A program made the position numbers and the translations under genes. A stretch of DNA of 64,000 nucleotides, taken from positions 114,165 through 178,164 of the forward strand of contig JBBTSO010000004.1 in assembly GCA_038064695.1 (NCBI GenBank), written 5' to 3'. This document shows, one piece after another, positions 1-9,230 of this stretch; within the stretch, counting starts at the first letter, position 1, and every line of letters begins with the position of its first letter. Under the pieces are notes generated by a model that saw only the letters and a list, made by a program, of their open reading frames with translations, was not told the DNA's origin and ran no database searches. The stretch is from Patescibacteria group bacterium. Its GTDB lineage: Bacteria > Patescibacteriota > Minisyncoccia > Phycocordibacterales > Phycocordibacteraceae.

Positions 1-2064
1 TGAGGTGGTGAGGATAGTGTAGAGCGTGTACTGGCGTGACAATTTTGCTTCCGCGTCACTGCCTTGAAGAATTGGTTTTGATTCCTCCAAAATTTTGTCA
101 GCGACTTCACCCCACACGTAGTGATAGGTCTTTTCTGCGGCGAGGTAGAGTTGATACTTTTCAAACTCGCTCGTAATGTCAGCAGTTTGTGTGACGAGGC
201 CATCCAGTATTTCCTGGTCGCGCTTTGTTAGTGCTGGCTGTGTAGAGAGATCAACCCCCTCGGCATTTTCAAGAGCGAAGCGGGTAATGTTCCAGAGCTT
301 GTTAGCAAAGTGTTTGTATCCTTTTACTTTTTGCTCGTCAAAGTTAATGTCGTTTCCAATGGCCACTCCTACCAAAAGTCCCATACGCACGGCGTCAGCG
401 CCGTATTTTTCAATGAGGTCGAGCGGGTCAATGCCGTTGCCGAGCGACTTGCTAAACTTTCTTCCTGACTTGTCGCGCACCAGTCCATGAATCATGACGG
501 TTTTAAAAGGCACTTGGCCAAGGTGGAAAGCGCTCATCAAAATCATACGTGACACCCACAAGGGAAGAATTTCATAGGCAGGGGACATAAAGGCCGTGGG
601 ATGGAAGGTTTTTAGGTCTTTTGTTTTTTCAGGCCAACCCAACGTTGAAAACGTCCAGAGTGCAGACGAAAACCACGTGTCCAACACGTCAGGATCCTGG
701 TTCCAGTCCGCTCCAGGGGATGCAACCTGCACTTTTATCTCGTCACCTTTGTACCAAACAGGAATGCGGTGCCCAAACCAAATTTGGCGAGAAATGCACC
801 AATCGTGGAGATTTTTAATCCAGTTGAAGTATGTTTTTCTGAATCGTTCTTGCGGCATTGAAACTGCACCACTTTCTACTGCGGCAAACATAACCTCTTT
901 CAGGGTGACAGTGGATCCGCTCTCAATCCCTGGAATTTCAGAGTGGGGGATGGTAAATGGTTTATCAACTGCTACAAACCATTGTTCAAGTATTTGAGGC
1001 TCTATGGTCGCTCCCGTTCTTTCTGAAGTGGCGATGTTGTGAACGTACTGTTCATCAATTTTTACCACCAGACCTTTTGCGGCAAGTTTTTCAACGATTT
1101 TTTCGCGCGCTTCAAGAATTTTCATCCCCGCAAATTCTCCGGCAACAGGAAGCAATTTTCCGTATGTATCAATAATCTGTTCTTTGTCTAAGTGATGGCG
1201 CTCCGCAATTTCAAAGTCCACGACTGAGTGCCAGGGAGTAATGGTCATCGCACCAGTGCCTATCTCGGGGTCAGACGCTTCGTCTTTTATTACCGTTGCC
1301 GTGATGGGGCCGTTGATCCACTCCAACTCAATTTGTTGTCCGTGAGAAAACTCTGCGTACCGGGGGTCGGTAGGGTGTACCACAACGTACTTGTCGCCGA
1401 ACTTTGTTTCAGGTCGGGCGGTGCCGATGACAAATGGTCCGTATTGAAAATAGTAAAATTTTGCTTTTTCTTCTTGGTAGACAATTTCATCGTCTGAAAT
1501 GGTGGTTTGTCCTTTGGGATCCCAATTCACAATGCGATGTCCTCGGTAAATGAGCCCCGCTTCATACATTTTTACAAACGCTGTAAAGACCGCGCGGTTT
1601 CGTGTGTCGTCCATCGTGTAGGCGTAGCGCGACCAATCTAAGGATGCACCCATTTTTTTCACCTGATTTAAGATGGTGTTCTCGCTTGCCTTTGCGAATT
1701 CGGATACTCGTAAAACGAGTTCTTCGCGACCAAGGTCGTGACGCGATTTACCTTCTGTTTTTTGAATATCTTTCTCAACGCGTGCCTGTGTGGCAATAGC
1801 AGCGCTGTCGGTACCGGGGATCCAGAGCGTTTTTTTTCCGCGCATGCGTTGGTAGCGTACGACGGCGTCTTGAAGTGAATCTTCGTACGCGTGGCCCATG
1901 TGAAGAATACCGGTGACGTTCGGCGGGGGAAGCACTACGGTGTAGGGCTCAGTTCGTTCACCAGGTAATCTGTCCGGGTTAAAGTACCCACTCTCTTCCC
2001 AGAGTGTGTATATCCGATCTTCGGTCTCGTTAGGGTTGTACGGTTTTAAAAATTTAAGATCCAT
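1..2064 (-). CDS. valS: Valine--tRNA ligase (3' end runs off window)
   Basis: Manual minus-strand reading from ATG 2064: MDLKFLKPYNPNETEDRIYTLWEESGYFNP, PPPNVTGILHMGHA (HIGH motif), DWCISRQIWFGHRIP, DVLDTWFSS, KFSKS (KMSKS variant). Confidence 0.96.
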   Translation of the reverse strand, partial: MDLKFLKPYNPNETEDRIYTLWEESGYFNPDRLPGERTEPYTVVLPPPNVTGILHMGHAYEDSLQDAVVRYQRMRGKKTLWIPGTDSAAIATQARVEKDIQKTEGKSRHDLGREELVLRVSEFAKASENTILNQVKKMGASLDWSRYAYTMDDTRNRAVFTAFVKMYEAGLIYRGHRIVNWDPKGQTTISDDEIVYQEEKAKFYYFQYGPFVIGTARPETKFGDKYVVVHPTDPRYAEFSHGQQIELEWINGPITATVIKDEASDPEIGTGAMTITPWHSVVDFEIAERHHLDKEQIIDTYGKLLPVAGEFAGMKILEAREKIVEKLAAKGLVVKIDEQYVHNIATSERTGATIEPQILEQWFVAVDKPFTIPHSEIPGIESGSTVTLKEVMFAAVESGAVSMPQERFRKTYFNWIKNLHDWCISRQIWFGHRIPVWYKGDEIKVQVASPGADWNQDPDVLDTWFSSALWTFSTLGWPEKTKDLKTFHPTAFMSPAYEILPLWVSRMILMSAFHLGQVPFKTVMIHGLVRDKSGRKFSKSLGNGIDPLDLIEKYGADAVRMGLLVGVAIGNDINFDEQKVKGYKHFANKLWNITRFALENAEGVDLSTQPALTKRDQEILDGLVTQTADITSEFEKYQLYLAAEKTYHYVWGEVADKILEESKPILQGSDAEAKLSRQYTLYTILTTS

Positions 2065-2207
2065 AGCAAAAAAGTATCAATTCATCATAACACTTATGGC
2101 TTTTTCTAAAAACTCGTGACCGTTGCGTTGATTATGAGAGGTGGCGGAGTATACTGGGAAAGTGTCCGCCCTCAGGACGGGCTTCTCTTACTTCCTAAAA
2201 AACATCT

Positions 2208-2582
2208 ATGATTCATTCAATACGTGCTTTGGGAGTGACCGCTCTTTTCGCGCTCCTTATGTTTGTTCTCTTTGCTTCACCTACGTTTGCAAAGGGTGTA
2301 GTGGGCGAAACCTTTAGCTCGGCAACGCCAGGAACCGTTGGAGGTTTCATTTCAGGTGGCATTTATGGCAATACGTCTAATCCTTCTGGGAACGGAAGCG
2401 GAGTACTCCCTTCGTGGGCTCCGGGACCATGGGTGTGTGACTATAATCCAGGATGTGATGGGCCAACTAACCCCAGAGGATCTATGGGTGACTTTCTTGC
2501 CCCACTTGCCTCAAACGGATCTGCATCTCCTGATTTTGCCAACGGGAATGATCAGGACATAGACTTCTCACTTCACCACTAG
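2208..2582 (+). CDS. Small secreted Gly/Pro/Ser-rich hypothetical protein
   Basis: Signal peptide ending PTFA, one Cys pair, followed by a terminator. Confidence 0.7.
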   Translation: MIHSIRALGVTALFALLMFVLFASPTFAKGVVGETFSSATPGTVGGFISGGIYGNTSNPSGNGSGVLPSWAPGPWVCDYNPGCDGPTNPRGSMGDFLAPLASNGSASPDFANGNDQDIDFSLHH

Positions 2583-2601
2583 AGTTTCTTTAGTGGAACG
2601 C

Positions 2602-2626
2602 AAAACCCCGCGTATGCGGGGTTTTT
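2602..2626 (+). terminator. Intrinsic terminator
   Basis: aaaaccccgc-gtat-gcggggttttt. Confidence 0.8.
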
Positions 2627-2671
2627 GTTTGGACGACTTTCTAAAATAAAAGACGATTTTTCCTACAGCAC

Positions 2672-2748
2672 TTTTGTCCTTTATAAAGGACAAAATTTTA
2701 AGTTTGTTTTTCTTCACATTCTGACAAAGTTGTCCTTTATAAAAGACA
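2672..2748. promoter_or_regulatory. Palindromic operator-like sites upstream of the giant surface protein
   Basis: Perfect 24-bp palindrome TTTTGTCCTTTATAAAGGACAAAA (2672-2695) and near copy TTGTCCTTTATAAAAGACA (2730-2748). Confidence 0.5.
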
Positions 2749-2885
2749 TTTTAATTTTACCTTTTAAAATATGGATTTTCTCTAGAAAAAACTATTGCTT
2801 TTCTGTAACAATCGTGGTACTTTCCGCATTAGAAATGCACCGTCGTCGGAGCTTTCATTACTTAACTACAACTTAATACAAACTC

Positions 2886-5800
2886 ATGAATTCAACAGGT
2901 TTCTATGGAGTCTCAAAGTGGCACAAAGCCCTTTCCGCTTCATTGACCGCGTTCGCGCTTGTTCTCTCAAGTGTGGCGCCTTTACTCGCGTTCCCGCAAG
3001 TTGCACATGCCGTGGCTGATCCGAGTTCGTTCTACGAAGTAACCGGGTCTATAGATTCCATTATCGGACAGACACTCAATATTTCAGGGACTGCAAAAGG
3101 TGATCCACAGAAAGGCGCAGACGGTACTCAACATATGGCAGTCGACTGGGATGAAGATCAAGATGGTGATCCAACCACAGGTTTAAGCCAATGGGGGATT
3201 GATGGTTTGACCTTCACACCAGTGTTCAGTGACTGTTATGACCACAGTACATGTTTTTTAGATAGTCACTGGACTGCTTCACACTTATATAGTGCAGGTG
3301 GTTCGTATACGGTGAGCGTCATTGTTTACCACGGCAATACACCAGGAGAAGATGGTGACGCACTCTCGACTATCACGCTTGATGTCGAGATTCCTTCAAG
3401 TATTGGCGGTCTTATAGTCCAAAAAGTATTGGTTAATGATAACGGCGGAACAGTCGCAACATCTTCTTTTTCATTCCAAATTCCGGGGGTAAATGCTGGT
3501 AATCCTATTTTCTTTGAAGAAGACGGTTCAAACGAGTTTGTGCTCGAGGCCGGCTCTTATTCGGTGACGGAAGTTTCTACCCCTGGATATGGAGTTACCT
3601 ACAGTGCAGGTTGTACGGCGGGAGTTTCTGCAGGAGCAACGACGACGTGTACTATCACCAACAACGACCAGCCAGGTACGTTGATTGTGAAAAAAACGCT
3701 CACAAAAGATAATGGAAGCACTGCTAACTACGAAGATTTCGCGTTCCAAATGACCGGTGGCGCAACAACGACGTTTAATGTGAGTGGTGAAAATAGTATT
3801 TCAGTTGATGCGGGCACGTACTCGGTGGTAGAAGTTCAGGGTACCGAGCCTCTCTCTGGGTACACCACGTCGTACGACAACTGTTCAAACATATCAGTTG
3901 CAAACGGCGAAACTGAAATCTGTACAATCACAAACAACGACCTTCCTGCAAGCATTAAAATCTTTAAGGAAATTACTAATATCGAGGGACGAGGTCTAAA
4001 AACTGATCCTTCAGAATTTAGTTATTTCGTCGATCTTGAGCAGGTAATGCACGACGTTGCCGAGTTCTTTAACTTTAAGAGCACACCCTATGTCGTTACT
4101 GAAGAGGGAGCTGATGGATACAATGTTTCATTTGGCGGAAACTGTGCTTCTGACGGGTCACTCTCGGTGGCACTTGGTGGTTCATACACTTGTACAATCA
4201 CAAACACTCAAAAGGAACCCGGTGTATTGCATGTCATTAAAGTTGTTCAAAACGATAACGCTGAAGGTTTTGAAGGTACAGCCGTATCGGGCGATTTTAA
4301 CCTCAGTGTTTCAGGAGGAAACCCTGTTCCAGCATCATTTGCAGGATCAGCAGAAGGTGTTGATGTGGTCATTGATGCGGGTGCAAGTTACACGGTATCG
4401 GAAGATAGCTTTGCGGGATACCACCAGGTGTCTATGTCTGATGATTGTGAGGGGGTTATGCCTGAAGGAGGAGAGCGCACCTGTACGATCGTAAACAACG
4501 ACAATGTACCAGAGCAGGCGTACCTTACGGTAATGAAAACCATTACCAATGACAACGGTGGGCTAGTTGAAGACCAGGACGCGTGGACACTTACTGCTAC
4601 GAATAGCGAATCAGTAGTCACTCCCTTGTCTCATGGCTCTGCGGTGCTTGTTGATCCTCAGACGTATACGATTGGTGAAACCGGCGGCCCTGACGGGTAC
4701 GAACAAACTTCAGTTACGTGCTCGGTTGATGGGGGTAGCGAAGTAGCAGGAAATTCAGTTGTTGTGGAGGCTGGACACAGTTACGTTTGTACGATTACGA
4801 ACGACGACGTCGCCCCTTCATTGACGGTGGTTAAAGCACTTGATATTCAGTACGGTGGTACTGCTTCGGAATCTGATTGGACAGTTGGAGCTTCTGGTCC
4901 ATCAGTCATTTCAGGCGCAGGCAGCGTATCAAGCGGCGGCACCTTCCAAGCTGGGACTTATACGCTCTCTGAATCTGGCGGACCAGAGTCTGGTTACACC
5001 GCTGGCGAATGGTCTTGTAACAACGAGGTAGCTGTTGATGAAAATAATCAGATCACTCTTGCTCTTGGTGAAGAAACTACTTGTACGATCACAAATTACG
5101 ACCTTCCAGGAACACTCTATGTCATTAAAAATGTCATTAACGACAACGGCGGTGAAGCAGATCCTTCAGACTTCACTATGTATGTTGATGGAACTGACGT
5201 TTCAGATGAGTCGTTCCCAGGAACTGACGAGGAGCCAGGGTATTTGGTTACGTTGGATGCAGGAGCATACAGCGTTTCTGAAGATGGTCCAAGCGGGTAC
5301 GGCATGACCGCTTCTGAAGAATGTTCAGGTGAAATTGCAAACGGTGAAACAAAAGTGTGTACATTGACTAACGACGACGGGAAAGCAACTCTCACAATTG
5401 CAAAATACACTGAAGGCGCTGACGGATCATTCACGATTTCTGTGACGGGCCAGGAAGACATAACTCTTGCCACGGAACAGGGATTTGCTTCAGCATCGCT
5501 CGCGCTTGATGCTGGAACGTATGATGTTACTGAACTTGTTCCAACAGGATGGACACTTTCATCTTCGTACTGTGAGTACGACAATGAAGAGGAGGTTGGT
5601 GAACCAGCACAAAACGGAGAAACAGTTACTCTTGGTGTTGGTGCTGATGTTACCTGTTCGTTCTACAACTACGCAACCGGTGCGGACCTCTCCATTGAAA
5701 AATCAGTTGATGATGCAACGCCTGACGCAGATCAAACATTGCAGTTCACATTGACGGTTACAAACTCCGGTCCTGCCACTGCCAACAACGTGTCAGTACT

Positions 5801-6497
5801 TGATGCGCTACCTTCTGGTTTGACGTACGTTTCTGACGACAGCGAAGGTGAGTACTCAACCACTACGGGCGCGTGGACGGTAGGCTCGCTCCTTGACGGA
5901 GAGTCAGCGACACTAGTCATAACGGCTACCGTGAGTGCTTCAGCCGGGCAAACGGTGGTAAACACTGCTTCCGTATCGTTTGAAGACGAAGGTGTTTCAG
6001 ATTACGTAGAAGAAAATAACGATGACGAAATTTCAGTTACTGTAAACACTCCATCAGGTGGCGGAGGTGGTGGATCAACTCCTCCTCCACCAGTTCTTGG
6101 TGGCGGTATTACGGGCCTCGGTGGCGGCTCAGTACTCGGTGCTTCAACCGTGGGTCAAGTCTTGGGTGAAAGCTGTGGTCTGTTTATGGACCAGTACCTA
6201 CGACGTGGCAATGCTAAAAACCGCGCTGACCAAGTAACGAAACTCCAGGAATTCTTGGTCAAACACGGATACGGAACCTTTACTCCAACAGGATTCTTTG
6301 GTCCATTGACCGAAGGTGCAGTTAAAGCATTCCAAGCTGAGTACGCTCAAAACGTGCTCGCGCCGTGGGGACTTTCAGCTCCAACGGGGCTTGCATACCT
6401 AACGACGCTCCGCCAGTTGAACCTCATTGAATGTCCTGAACTTTCACTCACCATCCCCGAGTTGGTAGAGTGGAGCAGAAACCCTGCAGTTCAGTAA
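2886..6497 (+). CDS. Giant surface protein: signal peptide, PKD-like domain, 8 Ig-like (SpaA/CnaB-type) repeats, DUF11-like domain, C-terminal peptidoglycan-binding domain
   Basis: Repeats LxVxK...Y(S/T)VxE...CTITNND; DLSIEKSVDD...DALPSGL...NTASV; C-terminal VTKLQEFL...TGFFGPLTEGAVKAFQ. Confidence 0.85.
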   Translation: MNSTGFYGVSKWHKALSASLTAFALVLSSVAPLLAFPQVAHAVADPSSFYEVTGSIDSIIGQTLNISGTAKGDPQKGADGTQHMAVDWDEDQDGDPTTGLSQWGIDGLTFTPVFSDCYDHSTCFLDSHWTASHLYSAGGSYTVSVIVYHGNTPGEDGDALSTITLDVEIPSSIGGLIVQKVLVNDNGGTVATSSFSFQIPGVNAGNPIFFEEDGSNEFVLEAGSYSVTEVSTPGYGVTYSAGCTAGVSAGATTTCTITNNDQPGTLIVKKTLTKDNGSTANYEDFAFQMTGGATTTFNVSGENSISVDAGTYSVVEVQGTEPLSGYTTSYDNCSNISVANGETEICTITNNDLPASIKIFKEITNIEGRGLKTDPSEFSYFVDLEQVMHDVAEFFNFKSTPYVVTEEGADGYNVSFGGNCASDGSLSVALGGSYTCTITNTQKEPGVLHVIKVVQNDNAEGFEGTAVSGDFNLSVSGGNPVPASFAGSAEGVDVVIDAGASYTVSEDSFAGYHQVSMSDDCEGVMPEGGERTCTIVNNDNVPEQAYLTVMKTITNDNGGLVEDQDAWTLTATNSESVVTPLSHGSAVLVDPQTYTIGETGGPDGYEQTSVTCSVDGGSEVAGNSVVVEAGHSYVCTITNDDVAPSLTVVKALDIQYGGTASESDWTVGASGPSVISGAGSVSSGGTFQAGTYTLSESGGPESGYTAGEWSCNNEVAVDENNQITLALGEETTCTITNYDLPGTLYVIKNVINDNGGEADPSDFTMYVDGTDVSDESFPGTDEEPGYLVTLDAGAYSVSEDGPSGYGMTASEECSGEIANGETKVCTLTNDDGKATLTIAKYTEGADGSFTISVTGQEDITLATEQGFASASLALDAGTYDVTELVPTGWTLSSSYCEYDNEEEVGEPAQNGETVTLGVGADVTCSFYNYATGADLSIEKSVDDATPDADQTLQFTLTVTNSGPATANNVSVLDALPSGLTYVSDDSEGEYSTTTGAWTVGSLLDGESATLVITATVSASAGQTVVNTASVSFEDEGVSDYVEENNDDEISVTVNTPSGGGGGGSTPPPPVLGGGITGLGGGSVLGASTVGQVLGESCGLFMDQYLRRGNAKNRADQVTKLQEFLVKHGYGTFTPTGFFGPLTEGAVKAFQAEYAQNVLAPWGLSAPTGLAYLTTLRQLNLIECPELSLTIPELVEWSRNPAVQ

Positions 6498-6511
6498 ATA
6501 TAAAAGAAGCT

Positions 6512-6539
6512 AAAACACCGCCTACATGGGCGGTGTTTT
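6512..6539 (+). terminator. Intrinsic terminator
   Basis: aaaacaccgcc-loop-ggcggtgtttt. Confidence 0.8.
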
Positions 6540-6617
6540 GTTTTGTGCAGTTGATGTAGACAACTAGAGTATTTGGACTACACTAAGAGTATTAGTAATC
6601 ATATATTCTATTTCTCT

Positions 6618-7436
6618 ATGTTCTTAAAAACACTCGCTTCTGTCTTTGTCTTCATATTTGTATTTTCTGTCAGCACGGGGGCGCAAGCATCGCACTCGTG
6701 GGGAAATTATCACTGGGCGCGCACCGTAAATCCGTTCACGCTTAAACTTGGAGACAACGTTACCTCCGCGTGGGACGCGTATCTCGCTGAAGCATCAAGT
6801 GATTGGAGCGCGTCATCGGTACTTGATACCACCGTCGTCACTGGTTTAACTAATGCAAAAAATTGTAAAGCGGTTACGGGGCGCGTTGAAGTCTGCAACT
6901 CAAAGTATGGGAATAATGGGTGGCTTGGCATTGCTTCAATTTCAATTAACAGCGCAAAGCACATTACCAAGGGGGTCGCAAAAATGAATGACACCTACTT
7001 CAACACTGCTTCCTACAACACGCCCGCGTGGCGGCACCTCGTGATGTGTCAGGAAATTGCTCACGTGTTTGGGCTTGATCACCAGGATGAAACATTTGAC
7101 AACGCAAACGTTGGGTCATGTATGGACTACACGAACGACCCTGATGGGGGAGCGGGAGGAGCAAGTGCTTCTGATCCATCAAACGAACACCCTAACGCGC
7201 ACGACTTTGCGCAACTTGAAACTATCTACGCGCACCTTGATTCGGGAACTACCATTGGCCAGACATTAATAGGAAAAGAGTTTGGGAAACTTGTTGCTTC
7301 TCTCAAGGGGGTAGAGGCGCACGAAGAGTACGGTGTTCCAGTTGGTTTTGAGCCGAGTGGCCGCGCCAACACCTTTAAGAAAGATTTTGAGGACGGATCG
7401 TCCGAAATCACGCACGTCTTCTGGCTTCCTGAGTAA
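6618..7436 (+). CDS. Secreted metzincin-like (matrixin-like) metallopeptidase
   Basis: Signal peptide ending AQA; QEIAHVFGLDH zinc motif variant; SCMDY Met-turn. Confidence 0.75.
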   Translation: MFLKTLASVFVFIFVFSVSTGAQASHSWGNYHWARTVNPFTLKLGDNVTSAWDAYLAEASSDWSASSVLDTTVVTGLTNAKNCKAVTGRVEVCNSKYGNNGWLGIASISINSAKHITKGVAKMNDTYFNTASYNTPAWRHLVMCQEIAHVFGLDHQDETFDNANVGSCMDYTNDPDGGAGGASASDPSNEHPNAHDFAQLETIYAHLDSGTTIGQTLIGKEFGKLVASLKGVEAHEEYGVPVGFEPSGRANTFKKDFEDGSSEITHVFWLPE

Positions 7437-7503
7437 CTACCACTTTACAAAAACACCTTCCATGCGGAGGGTGATTCCAAGGTATTGAATCATAACGGAA
7501 TAG

Positions 7504-7532
7504 TTGACAAAAAAATATCTATATATTATAAT
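7504..7532 (+). promoter_or_regulatory. Consensus sigma70 promoter
   Basis: TTGACA (7504-7509), 17-bp spacer, TATAAT (7527-7532), 35 bp before ATG 7568. Confidence 0.8.
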
Positions 7533-7567
7533 CTTTTTTATTAACCCTTAAACAAGTTTTAAAAAAT

Positions 7568-7870
7568 ATGTCTAAAGATGTTTTTCCTCGCATAGTGGCA
7601 GGTGTGGTGGGTGGTGGTGGTTTATACTACTCTGCTGATAAGGTAGACCTTACTCGTGATTTTCAATTTCGGTTGGGCGCGTATAGAGATTCTGTAGTGA
7701 ATGGTGACATACGCCTCCCTGAAGACGATGCCCTCCAATCCTTACAATCTATGAACGATAGGTTGAATGTAGCAGAAAATGAGGTTTTACTCTACAGTGC
7801 TATGGTACTATTTTCTCTTGTTGCAATCGCATATGCAGTCGGTGTTGGGCGACAACGATCTTTCTCCTAA
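7568..7870 (+). CDS. Orphan small membrane protein
   Basis: 100 aa, hydrophobic ends, own promoter and terminator. Confidence 0.65.
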   Translation: MSKDVFPRIVAGVVGGGGLYYSADKVDLTRDFQFRLGAYRDSVVNGDIRLPEDDALQSLQSMNDRLNVAENEVLLYSAMVLFSLVAIAYAVGVGRQRSFS

Positions 7871-7889
7871 AAAGAACTTTCTCTAAGCC

Positions 7890-7918
7890 AAAACACCGCC
7901 CATGTGGGCGGTGTTTTT
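7890..7918 (+). terminator. Intrinsic terminator
   Basis: aaaacaccgccca-tg-tgggcggtgttttt. Confidence 0.8.
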
Positions 7919-8009
7919 GTTTGATAAAAACTTGAAATTATGACGTAAATCTTGTATAGTGCTGATGAGAAATAGGAGGGTTTTTCCCCTACGTTGAGCC
8001 ATCAAAATC

Positions 8010-9230
8010 ATGATTGATACCACAGTTGAAAAGGAACTTGAGAAGGGCGCCGCTGCCTCCATCATCAACCTGGTTGATTGTCTTATTCGTCAGGCGCACT
8101 CAATGCGTGCTTCAGACATCCACATTGACCCAACCCAAAAAGAGGTCCGCATTCGCTTTCGCATTGACGGAGCGTTGCAGGAAATGTATGTCCTTCCCAA
8201 AACTATTCATCGTGAAGTGGTGTCGCGCGTAAAAATTATCGCAGGCCTGCGTATTGATGAACACAACGCCACCCAAGATGGTCGCTGTCGGCAAATTGTT
8301 GGCGACAACGAACACGACTGTGTAGACATTCGCATTTCTATTGCCCCTACGTACCATGGAGAAAACGTGGTGATGCGCCTCCTTTCAGACCGTGAGCAAC
8401 ATTTTTCACTAGACGCGCTCGGCTTTAGTGAAGGCGATCAGAAAAAAATAATGAAGGCGATTAAAAAGCCAACCGGAATGATTTTGGCAACCGGCCCCAC
8501 GGGGTCAGGAAAAACCACCACTCTCTACACACTGGTTAAAATGTTGAATGCCAAAGATATTTCTATCGTTACCTTGGAAGACCCCATTGAGTACGCCGTT
8601 GAAGGTATTGAACAAATTCAGGTGAACCCGTTTGTGGGGCTTACCTTTGCCAGCGGGCTTCGCTCACTGTTACGCCAAGATCCCGACATTATTATGGTGG
8701 GAGAAATTCGCGACCTGGAAACCGCCTCTATTGCCGTAAACACGGCGTTGACCGGCCACCTCCTACTTTCAACACTCCACACCAACGACGCGGCGACCAC
8801 GCTGCCACGACTTATGGAAATGCGCATTGAGCCGTACCTCGTTGCCTCCACGGTGTCTATTGCCATTGGCCAGCGCCTCGTTCGCCGACTGTGCGACAAG
8901 TGCAAAACACCGCATGAGTTTACCGAAGCAGAGCAGGTAGCGCTTTCAGATATTGTGACGGGGAGCACGATTCCCGTAGGGGCAAAGTTATTTAAAAGTG
9001 TTGGTTGTGAACACTGCAACAATACCGGCTTCAGAGGCCGTATTGGGGTTAACGAGGTGTTGGTGTCCGACGGGGAAGTGCGTGACGCAATTTTAAAGAA
9101 ATCGTCAGCAAAAGATATCCGCGACATTGCTATTCAAAACGGAATGACCACGATGCTTGAAGACGGATTCCAAAAAGTACAAAAAGGACTCACCACCGTA
9201 ACCGAGGTGCTCCGTGTCGTACATGAATAA
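8010..9230 (+). CDS. pilB: Type IV pilus/T2SS assembly ATPase (PilB/GspE family), lacking the long N-terminal domain
   Basis: ASDIHIDP, GPTGSGKTTT, TLEDPIE, LRQDPDIIMVGEIRD, TGHLLLSTLHTN, tetracysteine motif. Confidence 0.93.
   Translation: MIDTTVEKELEKGAAASIINLVDCLIRQAHSMRASDIHIDPTQKEVRIRFRIDGALQEMYVLPKTIHREVVSRVKIIAGLRIDEHNATQDGRCRQIVGDNEHDCVDIRISIAPTYHGENVVMRLLSDREQHFSLDALGFSEGDQKKIMKAIKKPTGMILATGPTGSGKTTTLYTLVKMLNAKDISIVTLEDPIEYAVEGIEQIQVNPFVGLTFASGLRSLLRQDPDIIMVGEIRDLETASIAVNTALTGHLLLSTLHTNDAATTLPRLMEMRIEPYLVASTVSIAIGQRLVRRLCDKCKTPHEFTEAEQVALSDIVTGSTIPVGAKLFKSVGCEHCNNTGFRGRIGVNEVLVSDGEVRDAILKKSSAKDIRDIAIQNGMTTMLEDGFQKVQKGLTTVTEVLRVVHE

Noticed and set aside
6512-7918. Near-identical AAAACACCGCC hairpins as mobile-element ends
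   Set aside because: The same AAAACACC style recurs at many ordinary gene ends, so they are best read as terminators
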